From an uncultured virus (IMG/VR IMGVR_UViG_3300010362_000013) (taxonomy: Duplodnaviria > Heunggongvirae > Uroviricota > Caudoviricetes): a DNA stretch of 64,000 nucleotides. This document shows positions 62,690 through 64,000 of the stretch, piece by piece. How positions within the stretch are numbered: position 1 is the first letter of the stretch; the number at the start of each line of letters is the position of its first letter. The stretch is from the IMG/VR virus record IMGVR_UViG_3300010362_000013, one strand, 5' to 3'. A model generated the notes under the pieces. It was not told where the DNA came from and ran no database searches. It saw only the letters and a program-made list of their open reading frames with translations. The position numbers were made by a program, and so were the translations under genes.

Positions 62690-64000
62690 TAGCCTTCCTC
62701 CTCGATGGTTGTGTTTTCCTTGCGGGCACGGTAGCGCTTGAGAGCGCGCGGGATCGGCTTCTCATCGACGCGCGTGGCGAGGTGGTTGTCCACCCACGAC
62801 AGCGAGCCACGGTCGAGCTTCTGCATCGCTCGCGTTACTGACACGTAGGCCAGCATGCACTCGGCACGGTTCGGTTCGGTCGGCTCCCCGGCCTCATCGG
62901 TCGGCTCTTGGAAGTCACTGTTGATGCGAACCGTATCCCATTCGCGCCCCTTGGCCTTGTGTGCGGTGCTGATGAGAATGTCCGGGTTGTACTTCTCATC
63001 GGTGGCGCGAGCGGCAACGTCAGCCATCTTGTCAACACCGTAGCTATCGACGAGCTTGACGAACACCTTGAGTTCGGCACTGCCTTCCTCCGTCGCGTAG
63101 TCGGCGGCGTCGGTCCAGTTGTTGAAACCCATCAGTTCCGGGTGCGAGGTGCCGCGACCGGCCATTAGATCGCGTGCTGCCTCGGCCAGCATTTGAATCG
63201 GCTTCGTGCCGCCGACGACACCGTAGCTGCGTCCGTTTTCCTCCTCGGCTACGCTCAGCGCCGCACTGATGACACCGGCATTGGTACGAGACAGGATCGC
63301 CTTCGGCTCCTCAATTGGGCCAAGCTCTGACTTGATCGGTTCAAAGCCCTTGAGGCGCAGCGGTGCGGCGATCAGTTCCAGCCACTTATTCGCCTCCTCC
63401 GCAACGGCGGGGCCGAAGCGGAAGCTTTGTGACAGCGTGAGCCGGTGGGCAGCAGCGAAGCGGCCCATCGCATCTTCCGCCCCGCGCCAGGCGTAGATCT
63501 GCTGCGCACTGTCACCAACCATGATGATCTGCGCATCCTGAATCTTGACAACGTGCTCGGTCACGGGGTTGGCATCCTGCGCCTCATCGAACAGGATCGT
63601 GTCGAATGGCAGCTTCGGGTCCGACAGGCTCCACATCTTGAGGAACACGTCGAATGGCGAGGCAGCCCCGGCGAAGCGCAGCTTGTCGGTCGGCATAATC
63701 AGCCGCTCCCACAGCTTGCGAGCGTACGGGACAACAATGCTGCGAAGCTCGTCCATGTACTCCTCGGCACCGGCAATGAAGCGGACGTGCTGAGCGCCGA
63801 TCTCGCGCTCGGCAGACTGGCAGAACTTACTGACAGCTTGCTGCGCCAGTCCGGCCAGTTTCTCGGGCGAGTAGTACACGCTCTGCTCACCGTCGCCCCA
63901 CTTGATACCCTCGCGGATGTTCAATGCGTAAGCGCAGCCCTTGCGGTTGGTGAATGGCAGGTCGAGCTTGGAACGGTCCACGCCTGACATCGCGAAGGCA
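62689..64000 (-). CDS. UvrD/Rep-like SF1 helicase (5' end outside window)
   Basis: FDEAQD, VGDSAQQIYAWRGA, LSQSFRFG, RTNA, STAHKAKGREW, YVSVTRA. Confidence 0.92.
   Translation of the reverse strand, partial: AFAMSGVDRSKLDLPFTNRKGCAYALNIREGIKWGDGEQSVYYSPEKLAGLAQQAVSKFCQSAEREIGAQHVRFIAGAEEYMDELRSIVVPYARKLWERLIMPTDKLRFAGAASPFDVFLKMWSLSDPKLPFDTILFDEAQDANPVTEHVVKIQDAQIIMVGDSAQQIYAWRGAEDAMGRFAAAHRLTLSQSFRFGPAVAEEANKWLELIAAPLRLKGFEPIKSELGPIEEPKAILSRTNAGVISAALSVAEEENGRSYGVVGGTKPIQMLAEAARDLMAGRGTSHPELMGFNNWTDAADYATEEGSAELKVFVKLVDSYGVDKMADVAARATDEKYNPDILISTAHKAKGREWDTVRINSDFQEPTDEAGEPTEPNRAECMLAYVSVTRAMQKLDRGSLSWVDNHLATRVDEKPIPRALKRYRARKENTTIEEEG

Noticed and set aside
451..63990. Alternative genetic code or stop-codon reassignment
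   Set aside because: All conserved genes are full length in the standard code and end in TAA, TAG or TGA with tight coupling.

Overview
A 64 kb slice of a large tailed (siphovirus-type) phage genome, roughly 58-60% GC by eye. The host is probably an actinobacterium; Thermoleophilia/Solirubrobacterales is an inference. Plus strand 1-49 kb carries: a tail module (tape measure with two peptidoglycan-hydrolase domains, Dit-like and minor tail proteins, fibres, collagen-like proteins); a replication/recombination module (SF2 helicase, RNase H, DnaB, primase, gp32-like SSB, DnaE, RecA, Cas4-like exonuclease, RuvC); a packaging block (TerS, TerL, portal fused to MuF); lysis genes; dCTP deaminase; and many micro-ORFs. 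Minus strand 49-64 kb carries early/accessory genes, including a DUF3631 replication protein, HTH regulators, a lipoprotein and a UvrD-like helicase. No capsid gene, integrase, CRISPR array or reverse transcriptase is visible. Most notable signals: (1) two unrelated free-standing homing endonucleases sit at gene termini with recoded duplicates of the neighbouring gene end (GLSRGE twice with all six codons different; KMF+4 residues+stop twice); (2) a non-canonical tRNA-like element and a long hairpin lie directly in front of a NADAR gene; (3) the quasi-palindrome TTGWCAA is strongly over-represented; (4) a 16-bp iteron-like motif forms an inverted repeat behind the DUF3631 gene and recurs next to the helicase and primase genes; (5) a recurring TGnTATGATCCC promoter motif appears to drive leaderless genes. 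All protein calls come from motif recognition by eye; no database search was run.
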